This document shows, piece after piece, positions 1 to 8,691 of a stretch of DNA of 64,000 nt. Origin of the DNA: a virus (lineage: Duplodnaviria; Caudoviricetes); the IMG/VR virus record IMGVR_UViG_3300029798_000001, one strand, 5' to 3'. The translations under genes and the position numbers were made by a program. The notes under the pieces are model-generated. The model ran no database searches and was not told the DNA's origin. It worked only from the letters and a program-made list of their open reading frames with translations. The number at the start of each line of letters is the position of its first letter. The stretch's first letter is position 1.

Positions 1-24
1 TGCTAGCCGTGCTTTATATGAGCA

Positions 25-258
25 ATGGATCAGTTAAAACTTTGGCCGCCGCCTGATTGGACTGAATGTGTGGTCAGTTGGGATTGGTTGCTAGGTGATG
101 ATCGCCCACATGTAAATGAAATATACAGTTGGTGCAATCAACATAGTAGTCCTAGCAGATATCATGTGCATGGATGGCATCAGACTGAAGGATTTGCATT
201 TAAATTTGAAGACCCTCGAGATGCTGTCATGTTTAAATTAACTTGGGAATGTATATAA
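25..258 (+). CDS. Small hypothetical protein, member of an in-window paralog family (C-terminal F-x-F-x-D-x-R-D-A-x-x-F-K-L-x-W)
   Basis: 77-aa ORF ending FKFEDPRDAVMFKLTW; similar ends at 23403, 24009, 26187, 37134. Confidence 0.6.
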   Translation: MDQLKLWPPPDWTECVVSWDWLLGDDRPHVNEIYSWCNQHSSPSRYHVHGWHQTEGFAFKFEDPRDAVMFKLTWECI

Positions 259-560
259 TGGATTTTATTTTTGAAACAGCCGGCAATGCTTGGTTGTATA
301 TTAAGAAGGACTATACAGAAAATCGCATTCGATTTTTTGTCGAGTTGTTTAGCTGGGCATGTAGTGTAGTAAGTGCTGTAATCTTTGCGGCCACCGTGCC
401 TACCGTACCGGTAATTCCGCTTTATACTATTTTTATTAGTGGGTGCTGTGCAGCCGCATGGACCTGCTGGACCCGTGGTAGTTTTGGATTGTTGGCCAAC
501 TATGTCTTTTTAATTACTATAGACTGCATTGGCCTTATCCGGATGATGCTAAATCATTAA
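258..560 (+). CDS. Small multi-pass membrane protein
   Basis: TAATG overlap with upstream stop gives start 258; three hydrophobic segments. Confidence 0.6.
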   Translation: MDFIFETAGNAWLYIKKDYTENRIRFFVELFSWACSVVSAVIFAATVPTVPVIPLYTIFISGCCAAAWTCWTRGSFGLLANYVFLITIDCIGLIRMMLNH

Positions 561-748
561 TCTGGCTTTGGGCCTCGTGGCTTACGGGCAGTTTTAGCCT
601 TAACGGCTGGTTTCTTTTCTGCCTTGGGTTTAGCAGTAGTGGCCTTGGGAACTACTACCTTTTTAACTGCCGGTGCTTCAACTTTGTACGGTGCAGGTGT
701 TACTTCTGGTTCTGCCGCCCCAAAAATCTTCTTTAAAAATGATAGCAT
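557..748 (-). CDS. Lys/Ala/Pro-rich histone H1-like basic protein
   Basis: AGGAG SD before ATG at 748; MLSFLKKIFG...KPKAEKKPAVKAKTARKPRGPK. Confidence 0.6.
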   Translation of the reverse strand: MLSFLKKIFGAAEPEVTPAPYKVEAPAVKKVVVPKATTAKPKAEKKPAVKAKTARKPRGPKPD

Positions 749-805
749 GATAAATCTCCTTGTATAATATTTAGTGTTTTTGCTTGTCATTAAACTTTAA
801 TATTA

Positions 806-828
806 ATGTGGCAATGCAATGATAAATA
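806..828 (+). promoter_or_regulatory. ATGT(G/T)GCA-NN-GCAA operator-like box adjacent to TAAATA promoter (copy 1)
   Basis: atgtggcaatgcaa 806-819, TAAATA 823-828; second copy at 1708-1729. Confidence 0.45.
823..828 (+). promoter_or_regulatory. T4-late-like promoter class TAA(A/G)TA (representative copy)
   Basis: Intergenic just before genes: + 823, 1724, 2168, 9043, 9161, 36891, 38242, 39897, 41587, 48623, 55973, 58523; - 4523, 5449, 16413, 55859; precedes structural genes, as T4 TATAAATA does. Confidence 0.65.
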
Positions 829-875
829 TCATGGTAAACACTTAGATGGTTATATCACAAAAGGAGACACCAAAA

Positions 876-1016
876 ATGTCAAAATTATTACAACAATTTA
901 CCAAATTGTTTTCAGCCCAGCAATCTAGACTAGAAGCATTTATGAACGCCAAAGCACCAAAATCACATGCTGATGCAGAATATTGGCAAAAGTATTTTGA
1001 ATACAGGGGTATGTAA
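876..1016 (+). CDS. 46-aa DUF3563-like small protein (not in ORF track)
   Basis: AAGGAG SD; MSKLLQQFTKLFSAQQSRLEAFMNAKAPKSHADAEYWQKYFEYRGM; family call from recalled pattern. Confidence 0.5.
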   Translation: MSKLLQQFTKLFSAQQSRLEAFMNAKAPKSHADAEYWQKYFEYRGM

Positions 1017-1017
1017 C

Positions 1018-1107
1018 ATGTGCCGATATCTTAAAATATTCTGGGAAGCATTTTGCGAAGCTCGTATCGAAGCTGCCAAGGCTCGAGTGCATTACCATAG
1101 CTATTAA
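1018..1107 (+). CDS. 29-aa small ORF
   Basis: MCRYLKIFWEAFCEARIEAAKARVHYHSY fits exactly between two genes with 1-nt gaps. Confidence 0.4.
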   Translation: MCRYLKIFWEAFCEARIEAAKARVHYHSY

Positions 1108-1108
1108 C

Positions 1109-1666
1109 ATGCTAGCCACACGCTTTTTGCCCATCCAAGATTTTGCTCTCTACGGAAATTGGCTCCGCGAGCAATCTAGCGATACGCTGGCCACCTATTT
1201 TGGTGTTGCTACTGGCCCTGCGTTTATTGATAATTTAATAGAACGCATACTCAGCAATCCCAAAGAACACCATTTTTTAGTGGCTACATATGGTACTCAG
1301 TGGGTAGGAGTTATTCATATGGCCCGAATATCCAAACAAGATATGGAGTTTGGTATCATGGTAGCAGAAGACTCTCGTCATCAAGGTATCGCAGATCAGT
1401 TGCTAGATGAAGCAATTAATTGGATACGCAATCGCGGGTTTAATACACTGTATCTACACTGTTTAAACCGCAACTCTGCTATGAAACACTTAGCTACAAA
1501 GCACGGATTAGAAGTACACGAAGATCACGGCGATGCAGAAGTGGTTACTCGTGTACCACCCCCGAGTGTGCTTACCTATGCTCAAGAAGCATTTACAGCC
1601 AATAAAAATATTTTCTTTATGAATCTACAGCATGCATGGCGCCCGTTTGGCGAAATGCTTGGCTGA
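1109..1666 (+). CDS. GNAT family N-acetyltransferase
   Basis: Acetyl-CoA motif V...SRHQGIADQLL; C-terminal NSAMKHLATKHG. Confidence 0.85.
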   Translation: MLATRFLPIQDFALYGNWLREQSSDTLATYFGVATGPAFIDNLIERILSNPKEHHFLVATYGTQWVGVIHMARISKQDMEFGIMVAEDSRHQGIADQLLDEAINWIRNRGFNTLYLHCLNRNSAMKHLATKHGLEVHEDHGDAEVVTRVPPPSVLTYAQEAFTANKNIFFMNLQHAWRPFGEMLG

Positions 1667-1707
1667 TATGGTCAATTTTGCCAAAATCCATTATATTAAT
1701 ATATTTT

Positions 1708-1729
1708 ATGTTGCATCGCAAGGTAAATA
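1708..1729 (+). promoter_or_regulatory. ATGTTGCA-TC-GCAA operator-like box adjacent to TAAATA promoter (copy 2)
   Basis: TTGC-N3-GCAA palindrome 1711-1721, TAAATA 1724-1729, upstream of phasin-like gene. Confidence 0.45.
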
Positions 1730-1810
1730 AGTGTACAATAGAAACATGTTCACTGCAGGTGCCGATAGTCGGGCCTGTAAAGCATAAATTGTCCAAAAAG
1801 GAGATTTACC

Positions 1811-2062
1811 ATGACAACATTTAATTTTGACACATTCAAAGAAGCATTAAACCCAGCTAAGTTTATTGACCAAGCTGAAAAGAACACACAGGCTATTTTG
1901 GCCTATGTAGAACCAAAAGAACTCAGCAAGACTTTGGTTACATTGACATCCGATGTTAGTGATTTTATTCGCTCACAAGTAGAAGCATTTAACTCTATTA
2001 CAGCTATTGCTAAAACACAAGCTGAATCATTTACAAATCAGTTTGCTAAATTAGCCAAGTAA
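1811..2062 (+). CDS. Phasin-like amphipathic helical protein
   Basis: 83 aa, all-helical amphipathic pattern, no Cys/Trp, F..Q...F periodicity; strong AAGGAG SD. Confidence 0.4.
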   Translation: MTTFNFDTFKEALNPAKFIDQAEKNTQAILAYVEPKELSKTLVTLTSDVSDFIRSQVEAFNSITAIAKTQAESFTNQFAKLAK

Positions 2063-2195
2063 TAGTAACATATCCTGTATGCCTCTCTAAAGAAGCACAC
2101 TTTATAGGATCTTTTAAGCCCAGGTAACTGGGCTTTCTCTTGGGTTAGTTTTCTGGCGATTTTTCACTAAATACTCAGTCCGATCGGAGAGTAAA

Positions 2196-2924
2196 ATGCG
2201 TGAAAGTTTTAACTGGAGTTCACTAACTCGCAATAATCTGCATAGTATATTATATGGTGCAGGGCGCGATATTATTGGCCGAAAATTACCAGTAAAACAG
2301 TTGCAACAACAGTTAAGCTCGCATATCAAGTCTTACTTACCAGTTCGAGTAGTTCGCATTCAACGAGATCGCAAACATAATCCTAAATTAGTCTACATGG
2401 GTGGCACATACTACAGCACTCTTGACCAAGTAGGATACCCTCGTTTTATAGAAATAGTATTGAGTTATCATCCCGACACCAAAGAAATTCGAATGACCGA
2501 TTATCGTTGGAATAGGCTCTGCACATTGTTTGCCGATACTATCTTACACGAAATGATCCATATGCGACAATATCGTAGTAGAAATTTTAAAGACCTACCA
2601 GGATACGAAAGTACCGCCCACTACCATCGACAACGTATAGACCAAGAATACTACGGGCATAGAGATGAAATGGGTGCATTTAGTTTTAACATTGCCTGCG
2701 ATATGTTAGACCGATTTGGCTACGATCCTGCAGAAATAAAAAGTTATATGGACAGCATGCGGGCCAAACGCCACAAGAGTTCTAGCTATTGCAAATTTTT
2801 AACTGCGTTTGATTGGGATCACGATCACCGTAAAGTGCGTCAGATGAAACAGAAGATTATGAAACAGTTAGAATATGCTGCTATTGGGCGTCCGTTTAAA
2901 ACAACTACACATTTGACTTACTAA
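2196..2924 (+). CDS. Zincin-like HExxH metalloprotein
   Basis: ILHEMIHMRQ with downstream DEMGA third-ligand motif; late promoter at 2168. Confidence 0.6.
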   Translation: MRESFNWSSLTRNNLHSILYGAGRDIIGRKLPVKQLQQQLSSHIKSYLPVRVVRIQRDRKHNPKLVYMGGTYYSTLDQVGYPRFIEIVLSYHPDTKEIRMTDYRWNRLCTLFADTILHEMIHMRQYRSRNFKDLPGYESTAHYHRQRIDQEYYGHRDEMGAFSFNIACDMLDRFGYDPAEIKSYMDSMRAKRHKSSSYCKFLTAFDWDHDHRKVRQMKQKIMKQLEYAAIGRPFKTTTHLTY

Positions 2925-4516
2925 CGCTGGCGCTTGCGTCCCAGTGCTTTATCACTACCTAACTTTTCATCTCCACCTGCTTTGATATCTGTTCTTTGTT
3001 GAGTTACAGCATCTAAATCAGCGGTAGAGTCTTTTGCTGACACTTTAGGTTCATCTGCTTGATTATCTATAGGGTCTAAATCTGATTTTTGAGCACCATT
3101 TTTTAAAATCTCAAATGTAAAATTACCTTTGTCCTGTGTGCTCATATATGCTTTGGACGCATCCAACAACACACCGGTAACTGTTTCGCTAGGATATACA
3201 GCACGGAAACCGGTGATACTAATGGTATCCGCTGTCTCGGTAGCTTCGGTATACATCTGCACTAAGGCTGAGTGATTTAAAATTTCTGAGGCAGCTTGCC
3301 CAAAATTGGTATGCTCGTTCACATAGTCCGCAACCCGGTAAGCTACTACACTGAGCATGTGCTCTAATGGAATAACTCGTTCCCAATTTCTAGGGGTACG
3401 GCTCATATACATCTGTTCTAGTTTTTTATTTTTACCCCAATTGAGTTTATCCTTGGGACCAAACTGCTTGAGTTGCTCAATGGTCGAAACATCGCCCTGG
3501 TTAATGATACCATATTGCACTCCTAACCCTAATGCGCCGTTTACATGTCCGCCATTTTTGATAGTTTGTAACATCTCAACTACTATTTTGTGCTTTTCTA
3601 ACAGCTTCTTACCCTTAGGAGCAACCTGCAGGTCTTGAATACTTTTTAGCAAGTTGACTACTGACGCATTAGCACCACTCTTGCCCTTGCTACTCAATTT
3701 GATTTGTTTACCATCTGGACTGATCAACAGGCTATCATATAGTCCTGTATTTTTTGAGTTGTTGAAGCTGATAGTGGCATCGCTGTATCCTTGTCCTGGA
3801 CCAAAGAAAATGGTGGCCGCTTCGCCAGCATTGCCCTTGATCGGTTTGCCCATAACCAACGCCACTGGTTGTAGCATTTCGCAAAAATAATCACGAAATG
3901 CTGTAAAGTTAATTGTGCCTTTAGGGAATGTAACAGGGAATTTGGCGGCCTGCATAAAGGTAGCAGTGGCCACAACCATATCACTGCCTTCGCCAAATTT
4001 GGCTACTATCTGGTTCATAATGGTTTCTGGAGTGTTGTCTTGAAATTGTGTTAATACATCTGTTGGTGTATATCCAGCATTTTCTTTGGCACCTGCTTTG
4101 CTAGCAAATTTGAATCCACCTGGAATTTTATCATGTGGAAAATCATTCAATGCTCTATTAGGGTTGATGTTCTTAAACCAGCGACCCAAATAATAATCTT
4201 TGTCTGTAGCTTGATCCTTAAATGTAGCAATTCCGAATCCAGCATAACCACCGCCTTCGTCGGCCGGTTGTCTGCGGGCTGGGGGTTGATTGGTCCACAT
4301 GATTTGTTCAGGAGTAATGCCAAGACTTTTAGCCACTTTGGCCACAGCCGATTCGGCATCAGTAAGGTCTCTAAAACTGCCAGATTCCGGATAAAAATCC
4401 AAGTTTTGGAAAGCAATAGTATCACCATCTGGGTTTTTAAACAACTGTCCAGGTGTACGATTGGACAGGCCAACACCTTCGGTTATAACATCAAGTAGGT
4501 TTAGAATATCACGCAT
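2921..4516 (-). CDS. 531-aa late protein with possible PD-(D/E)xK-like domain, probable virion/head protein
   Basis: Late promoter; N-terminus MRDILNLLDVITEG; GLYDSLL...IKLSSKG resembles a nuclease core. Confidence 0.45.
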   Translation of the reverse strand: MRDILNLLDVITEGVGLSNRTPGQLFKNPDGDTIAFQNLDFYPESGSFRDLTDAESAVAKVAKSLGITPEQIMWTNQPPARRQPADEGGGYAGFGIATFKDQATDKDYYLGRWFKNINPNRALNDFPHDKIPGGFKFASKAGAKENAGYTPTDVLTQFQDNTPETIMNQIVAKFGEGSDMVVATATFMQAAKFPVTFPKGTINFTAFRDYFCEMLQPVALVMGKPIKGNAGEAATIFFGPGQGYSDATISFNNSKNTGLYDSLLISPDGKQIKLSSKGKSGANASVVNLLKSIQDLQVAPKGKKLLEKHKIVVEMLQTIKNGGHVNGALGLGVQYGIINQGDVSTIEQLKQFGPKDKLNWGKNKKLEQMYMSRTPRNWERVIPLEHMLSVVAYRVADYVNEHTNFGQAASEILNHSALVQMYTEATETADTISITGFRAVYPSETVTGVLLDASKAYMSTQDKGNFTFEILKNGAQKSDLDPIDNQADEPKVSAKDSTADLDAVTQQRTDIKAGGDEKLGSDKALGRKRQR

Positions 4517-4525
4517 ATCTAATAT

Positions 4526-5383
4526 TTAGCTTATTTTAGTTGCTGTATATCCACGATAAGTGCAATTATTCTTGCCTGTAGCCAGTATACTACCGTATCG
4601 TAATTTATGGAATTGACAGAATCTCTTTAAATCGTGTGTGCGAATCTCGATACTGACCCCATCTGGGTTGGTAAGTTTATATAAAACTTGTTGATTACTA
4701 TGCCCAGGTCGCCAGCCAGGCGGGCAAGTAAACAATAATACAGACTCAATTCCGTCAGTATACCACTTTTTGCCTTTGGCAGCCGCTGCGCCATTTTTCA
4801 TAGTTTGACTGATACGATTATTGACTTCTGTTGTAGCTATTGCTTTACCGGGTACCCAACCTAGCGGACATTCTTTAGCCATAGTATAGTTGGTTCCATC
4901 GGTGTACCACGAATAGCCTTTTATTTTGCTGACTTTGCCTTTACAATTTGGGAACGGGTTACATAGTCTTCCAGGAAAATAACCCTCTGGACATGTATGA
5001 GCGTGTTTTTCTGAATTACCATTATTAAACCATTTTTTGCCAGTGTTCTGTTTTTTAAGTTTTAATTTACCATTATCGTTAATCTTAAATCTTAATAATC
5101 CAGATCTAACAAAATGACGATTTAATAACAATGGATCTTTCCAATGCTCTCGAATGAGATTTTGTTCGTGATCGTATGCATCATCTGGGTTGAAAAATTC
5201 TGCTACAATCTCAGCATCGTATTCACCAAAATTTGATTCAGTAATATAAGTTGACGACGTAAAGTAATGTATTCCAAGATCATCAACGGACTGTAATTTT
5301 AATTCAATATTAGCAGATCTATACCCATAATAATATTCTTTAGTAAATTTATGGGTAAGTTTATAAACATACGCTAAGTACAT
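4526..5383 (-). mobile_element. Free-standing GIY-YIG (Seg-like) homing endonuclease with repeated NUMOD-type KKW(F/Y)(N/T)(N/D)G modules
   Basis: YVYKLTH...YYYGYRS, YFTSS, HEQNLI...LLNR; three W(F/Y)xxG...CPxGWxPG repeats. Confidence 0.8.
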
Positions 5384-5443
5384 GGCTGATAGTTCCTTTT
5401 CAACTGTTAGAGTAGTTGGGGTCTTAGACCACCCGCGAACTAC
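5384..5443 (-). promoter_or_regulatory. Two-hairpin 5' leader of homing endonuclease, SD inside second hairpin
   Basis: Minus strand: GTAGTT/AACTAC plus GGTC-TAA-GACC; then AGTT-GAAAAGG-AACT covering AAGGA. Confidence 0.5.
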
Positions 5444-5516
5444 AACTTTATTTATTCAGATTGTTTGTTATTTTATCAATTACCTGTTATAATAAACTTT
5501 TATAAAAGGAACTATA

Positions 5517-6110
5517 ATGTCTGGACTGATCCCGTTTGTTATTGAAAAATCTGGTAATTCAGAAAGATCATTTGATATTTTTTCTCGGTTATTAAAGGAT
5601 AGAATTATTTTTGTGAATGGCACAATCTCTACAGAAATGAGTCATGTTGTTGTGGCGCAATTATTATTCCTTGAATCAGAAGATCCCGATAAGGATATTT
5701 TTATGTATCTAAACTCTCCCGGCGGAGAAGTGACGGCTGGGATGGCGATCTACGATACCATGAACTTCATCAAACCCGATGTCTCAACAATAGTGCAAGG
5801 ACAATGTTGTAGTATGGGTAGTTGCCTAGCACAAGCAGGTGCCGCAGGTAAACGACTAATTCTGCCCACAGCCCGTACAATGATTCATCAACCGTCGGGT
5901 GGCGCACATGGGCAAGCAACAGATATTCAGATTCAAGCACAAGAAATACTTAAAATGAAGAAATACCTAACAGAGATTTATGTCAAGCATAACTCTGCTG
6001 GCAAAACATTTGAGCAGTTAAGTGCTGACATGGAACGAGATTTCTTTATGTCAGCAGAAGAAGCTGTAGCATACGGCCTGGCCGATAGGATTATTTCTAA
6101 GCGTGACTGA
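5517..6110 (+). CDS. clpP: ATP-dependent Clp protease proteolytic subunit
   Basis: [24 protein letters not shown] (Ser), MIHQPSGG (His), [11 protein letters not shown]. Confidence 0.95.
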   Translation: MSGLIPFVIEKSGNSERSFDIFSRLLKDRIIFVNGTISTEMSHVVVAQLLFLESEDPDKDIFMYLNSPGGEVTAGMAIYDTMNFIKPDVSTIVQGQCCSMGSCLAQAGAAGKRLILPTARTMIHQPSGGAHGQATDIQIQAQEILKMKKYLTEIYVKHNSAGKTFEQLSADMERDFFMSAEEAVAYGLADRIISKRD

Positions 6111-7422
6111 TAAAAACATATTCTGTAATGCTCCTTGGTATGAATTACAAATTTATTGGGATGGTAGTTTAGGATTTTGCTGTCAAGAAGATCATAAATT
6201 ATATCCTGATAATCTAAGTAGGCATTACAACGTTAGTCAGATGACCATTGCAGAATGGTTTGATAGTGAACCTATGCGAGCAGCACGTCTAGGCATGCTA
6301 GGATCTAAGCCTAACAGTATTTGCCGCCGGTGCTATCATGAACAAGAGCATAACGGTACCAGCCGTAGGCACAAGTCCAATCAAAAAAGTGTTATCTTTA
6401 CTAAGACAGCATTTAATGAAAGTTATTTACAAAGCCCGGGCTATACAAAGTTTGAATCAAGCCGTACCAATCAAGGTGCATATGATGGCATGCCTATCGA
6501 CTTACATATCGACTTGGGTAATTACTGTAACCTTGCTTGTAAAATGTGCAGGCCGCAGGCCAGTAGTGTAATTGCTGCACAGGAAGTTAAATGGGGTAAC
6601 AAGGATGCTCTACAATACGTAGGCACCGATTGGACACGTGACGAAGCAGTGTGGTCACGTGTATTGAACGAATTAGCCAGTATTCCAAATCTTAATAACA
6701 TCCATTTTATGGGCGGCGAAACACTAATTACCAAGCGATTTGAAGATTTTGTTGACTACATGATTGCACGTGGGCGCACAGATTTACATTTTAGTTTTGT
6801 TACCAATGGCACTACATTTAATGAGTCCTTGCTCGACAAGCTCACGCAGTTTAAACGAGTTGGTATTGAGGTAAGCATAGAAACAACAACAGAACATAAT
6901 GCCTATCAACGTCAAGGAACCAATACTGAGCAGGTATTAAAGAACCTTGGTCGTTACCTTGAATATTGCAATGGCGATAATATAACACTAACAGCAAGAC
7001 CTGCAATCAGCGCATTGACTATTGGGTATTATCATACCTTGTTGCGGTATTGCATTGAACGTAAAATAATTGTTAAAAGTTTATGGGTTAGTAAGCCAGA
7101 TTTCTTAAATCCAAACATACTGCCTGCAACAATAAAACAAGAATATATTTTAAATTATAAAAAGTTAATTGCAGATTACAATTTAGAGTCAGCCGATCAC
7201 TTAGTTGACTATAACGAAAGTGATCCAAATGAAATTACCCGCATAATTGCAAGCCAGGCTGACCAATGCATCAATATGCTAACATCGCCAAGTCCTCCAG
7301 ACAGCAAAGAACAATTAAAGACTATGGTTGCACAATGTCGTCGTTGGGATGACATATATGGATACGATGCTCGCCGATTATATCCTGAATTTACTACAAT
7401 ATTAAATGATTATGGCTATTGA
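6103..7422 (+). CDS. Radical SAM protein with N-terminal SPASM/twitch-like Cys cluster
   Basis: CNLACKMC (CxxxCxxC), FMGGETL, VTNGT; N-terminal CNAPW...CC...CRRC. Confidence 0.9.
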   Translation: MTDKNIFCNAPWYELQIYWDGSLGFCCQEDHKLYPDNLSRHYNVSQMTIAEWFDSEPMRAARLGMLGSKPNSICRRCYHEQEHNGTSRRHKSNQKSVIFTKTAFNESYLQSPGYTKFESSRTNQGAYDGMPIDLHIDLGNYCNLACKMCRPQASSVIAAQEVKWGNKDALQYVGTDWTRDEAVWSRVLNELASIPNLNNIHFMGGETLITKRFEDFVDYMIARGRTDLHFSFVTNGTTFNESLLDKLTQFKRVGIEVSIETTTEHNAYQRQGTNTEQVLKNLGRYLEYCNGDNITLTARPAISALTIGYYHTLLRYCIERKIIVKSLWVSKPDFLNPNILPATIKQEYILNYKKLIADYNLESADHLVDYNESDPNEITRIIASQADQCINMLTSPSPPDSKEQLKTMVAQCRRWDDIYGYDARRLYPEFTTILNDYGY

Positions 7423-7873
7423 TTATCCGGTTAAAATAGATATTCATTTACGGCCTATATGGCATGATAATCCTCCAGAGATTAATATTGGGATTAACGA
7501 TAATATTCAACGGATAATATTACGAGATAATCAAATATTTCATTATGAGTTTACAGCCAATAATTGTTCAACATTATGTGTTGAATTATTAAACAAAACC
7601 GATGCAGATACTCGTCCTGATCAAGGATTAGATAAGGCAGTTATAATAGAATCTGTTAGTTTCTTTGATATTAAAGATAATCGTTTTATTTGGTTAGGCG
7701 AATATTGCCCAGAATATCCAGAACCCTGGTACAGCGAGCAAACACCCAAGCCAGACCCGTTGTTAAAAAACCACACTTATTTGTCCTGGAATGGTAAGTG
7801 GACACTGACCTTCGATGTGCCCGTTTTTACCTGGATTCACAGGGTGCAAAACCTGGGCTGGATTTACGGTTGA
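7406..7873 (+). CDS. Hypothetical protein coupled to radical SAM gene
   Basis: 155-aa ORF overlapping upstream stop. Confidence 0.65.
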   Translation: MIMAIDYPVKIDIHLRPIWHDNPPEINIGINDNIQRIILRDNQIFHYEFTANNCSTLCVELLNKTDADTRPDQGLDKAVIIESVSFFDIKDNRFIWLGEYCPEYPEPWYSEQTPKPDPLLKNHTYLSWNGKWTLTFDVPVFTWIHRVQNLGWIYG

Positions 7874-7898
7874 CCAAAAATAGCCGATTTGCTATAAT
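7870..7898 (+). promoter_or_regulatory. Sigma70-type early promoter class TTGAC(C/A/T)-N17-TATAAT (representative copy)
   Basis: -35 starts at 7870, 11144, 12189, 16867, 18339, 23131 (TAAAAT), 25024, 26500, 28978, 30644 (TATTAT), 34057, 34413, 35980, 37384 (16-nt spacer), 39198, 47259, 52987 (18-nt spacer). Confidence 0.85.
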
Positions 7899-7927
7899 AG
7901 TTGTATAGTGAATAAAGAGGAGTATAA

Positions 7928-8323
7928 ATGAAAGACGCAATTATATACGCAGGTTACAGTCGTTTGGCAGATGGCACTATGAAGTTTCGTACTGCTACTA
8001 GTGAAGTTCGTGTTAACCAGTTGGTGGCGTTTGGCGAAGAAGTACACATGATTCTTATCAAAGATGTTTACACCAAGTCTGCGGCGGCCAAAGAATTGCT
8101 CCGCATCAATCATGCAAACGGCGCCAAAGAACTTGAGGCATTTTATGTCGCCCAAGTTCGCGACGAAAACTCTTTCCGTGTAGTTAAACTCAAAGTTCCT
8201 TCTGTGGCCATGCAACAATTAACGGGCGCCAAGATTGAAGAAGAGCCATTGACTGCTAAAGAAGCCCGCAAAATCCGTGCCGAATTTAATCGCAAGGTTA
8301 AAGCGGCCTATGAAGCCAACTAA
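7928..8323 (+). CDS. Hypothetical early protein
   Basis: GAGGAG SD, directly after early promoter. Confidence 0.7.
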   Translation: MKDAIIYAGYSRLADGTMKFRTATSEVRVNQLVAFGEEVHMILIKDVYTKSAAAKELLRINHANGAKELEAFYVAQVRDENSFRVVKLKVPSVAMQQLTGAKIEEEPLTAKEARKIRAEFNRKVKAAYEAN

Positions 8324-8333
8324 GGAGTAAGTT

Positions 8334-8525
8334 ATGTCACAAGTAATTAGTACCTGGACCGAATACAAAGACAGCGTTCGCACCATGCCGTTCAAAGAAG
8401 TAGAAGGTCTTTTTGATTCCTACATGAACTGCCCAAGTCGTGGCGTCAAGGACGACATCATCATGAACATTCTTGAAGCTGAAATTGAACGCCGGATTGC
8501 CAATTGGGAGGTTGCTTATGTCTAA
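8334..8525 (+). CDS. Hypothetical protein
   Basis: TAAGGAG SD, 63 aa. Confidence 0.65.
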   Translation: MSQVISTWTEYKDSVRTMPFKEVEGLFDSYMNCPSRGVKDDIIMNILEAEIERRIANWEVAYV

Positions 8526-8691
8526 ATTCCGTGTATATTGTAGCGAAACAGTCAGCTACATGGTTGAGGTAGAAGCCGAGTCGGCAGAAGCCGCCGAAGA
8601 GTTAGTAGCCAGTGGTGAAGTAGATCTTGGCGAGCCCTACGACTGCGCCAACTTTGAAATTGATGAAGTGTTACCTTTGGAGACCGTATAA
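8518..8691 (+). CDS. Small acidic protein ending LETV
   Basis: GGAGG SD, ATG 8518, MSKFRVYCSETV...LPLETV. Confidence 0.6.
   Translation: MSKFRVYCSETVSYMVEVEAESAEAAEELVASGEVDLGEPYDCANFEIDEVLPLETV

Noticed and set aside
3357-4498. Antisense and alternative-frame ORFs from the track (e.g. 3357, 3654, 4133, 12224, 42291, 48037, 52769)
   Set aside because: They overlap better-supported genes, lack SD or promoter context and show no recognisable motifs.
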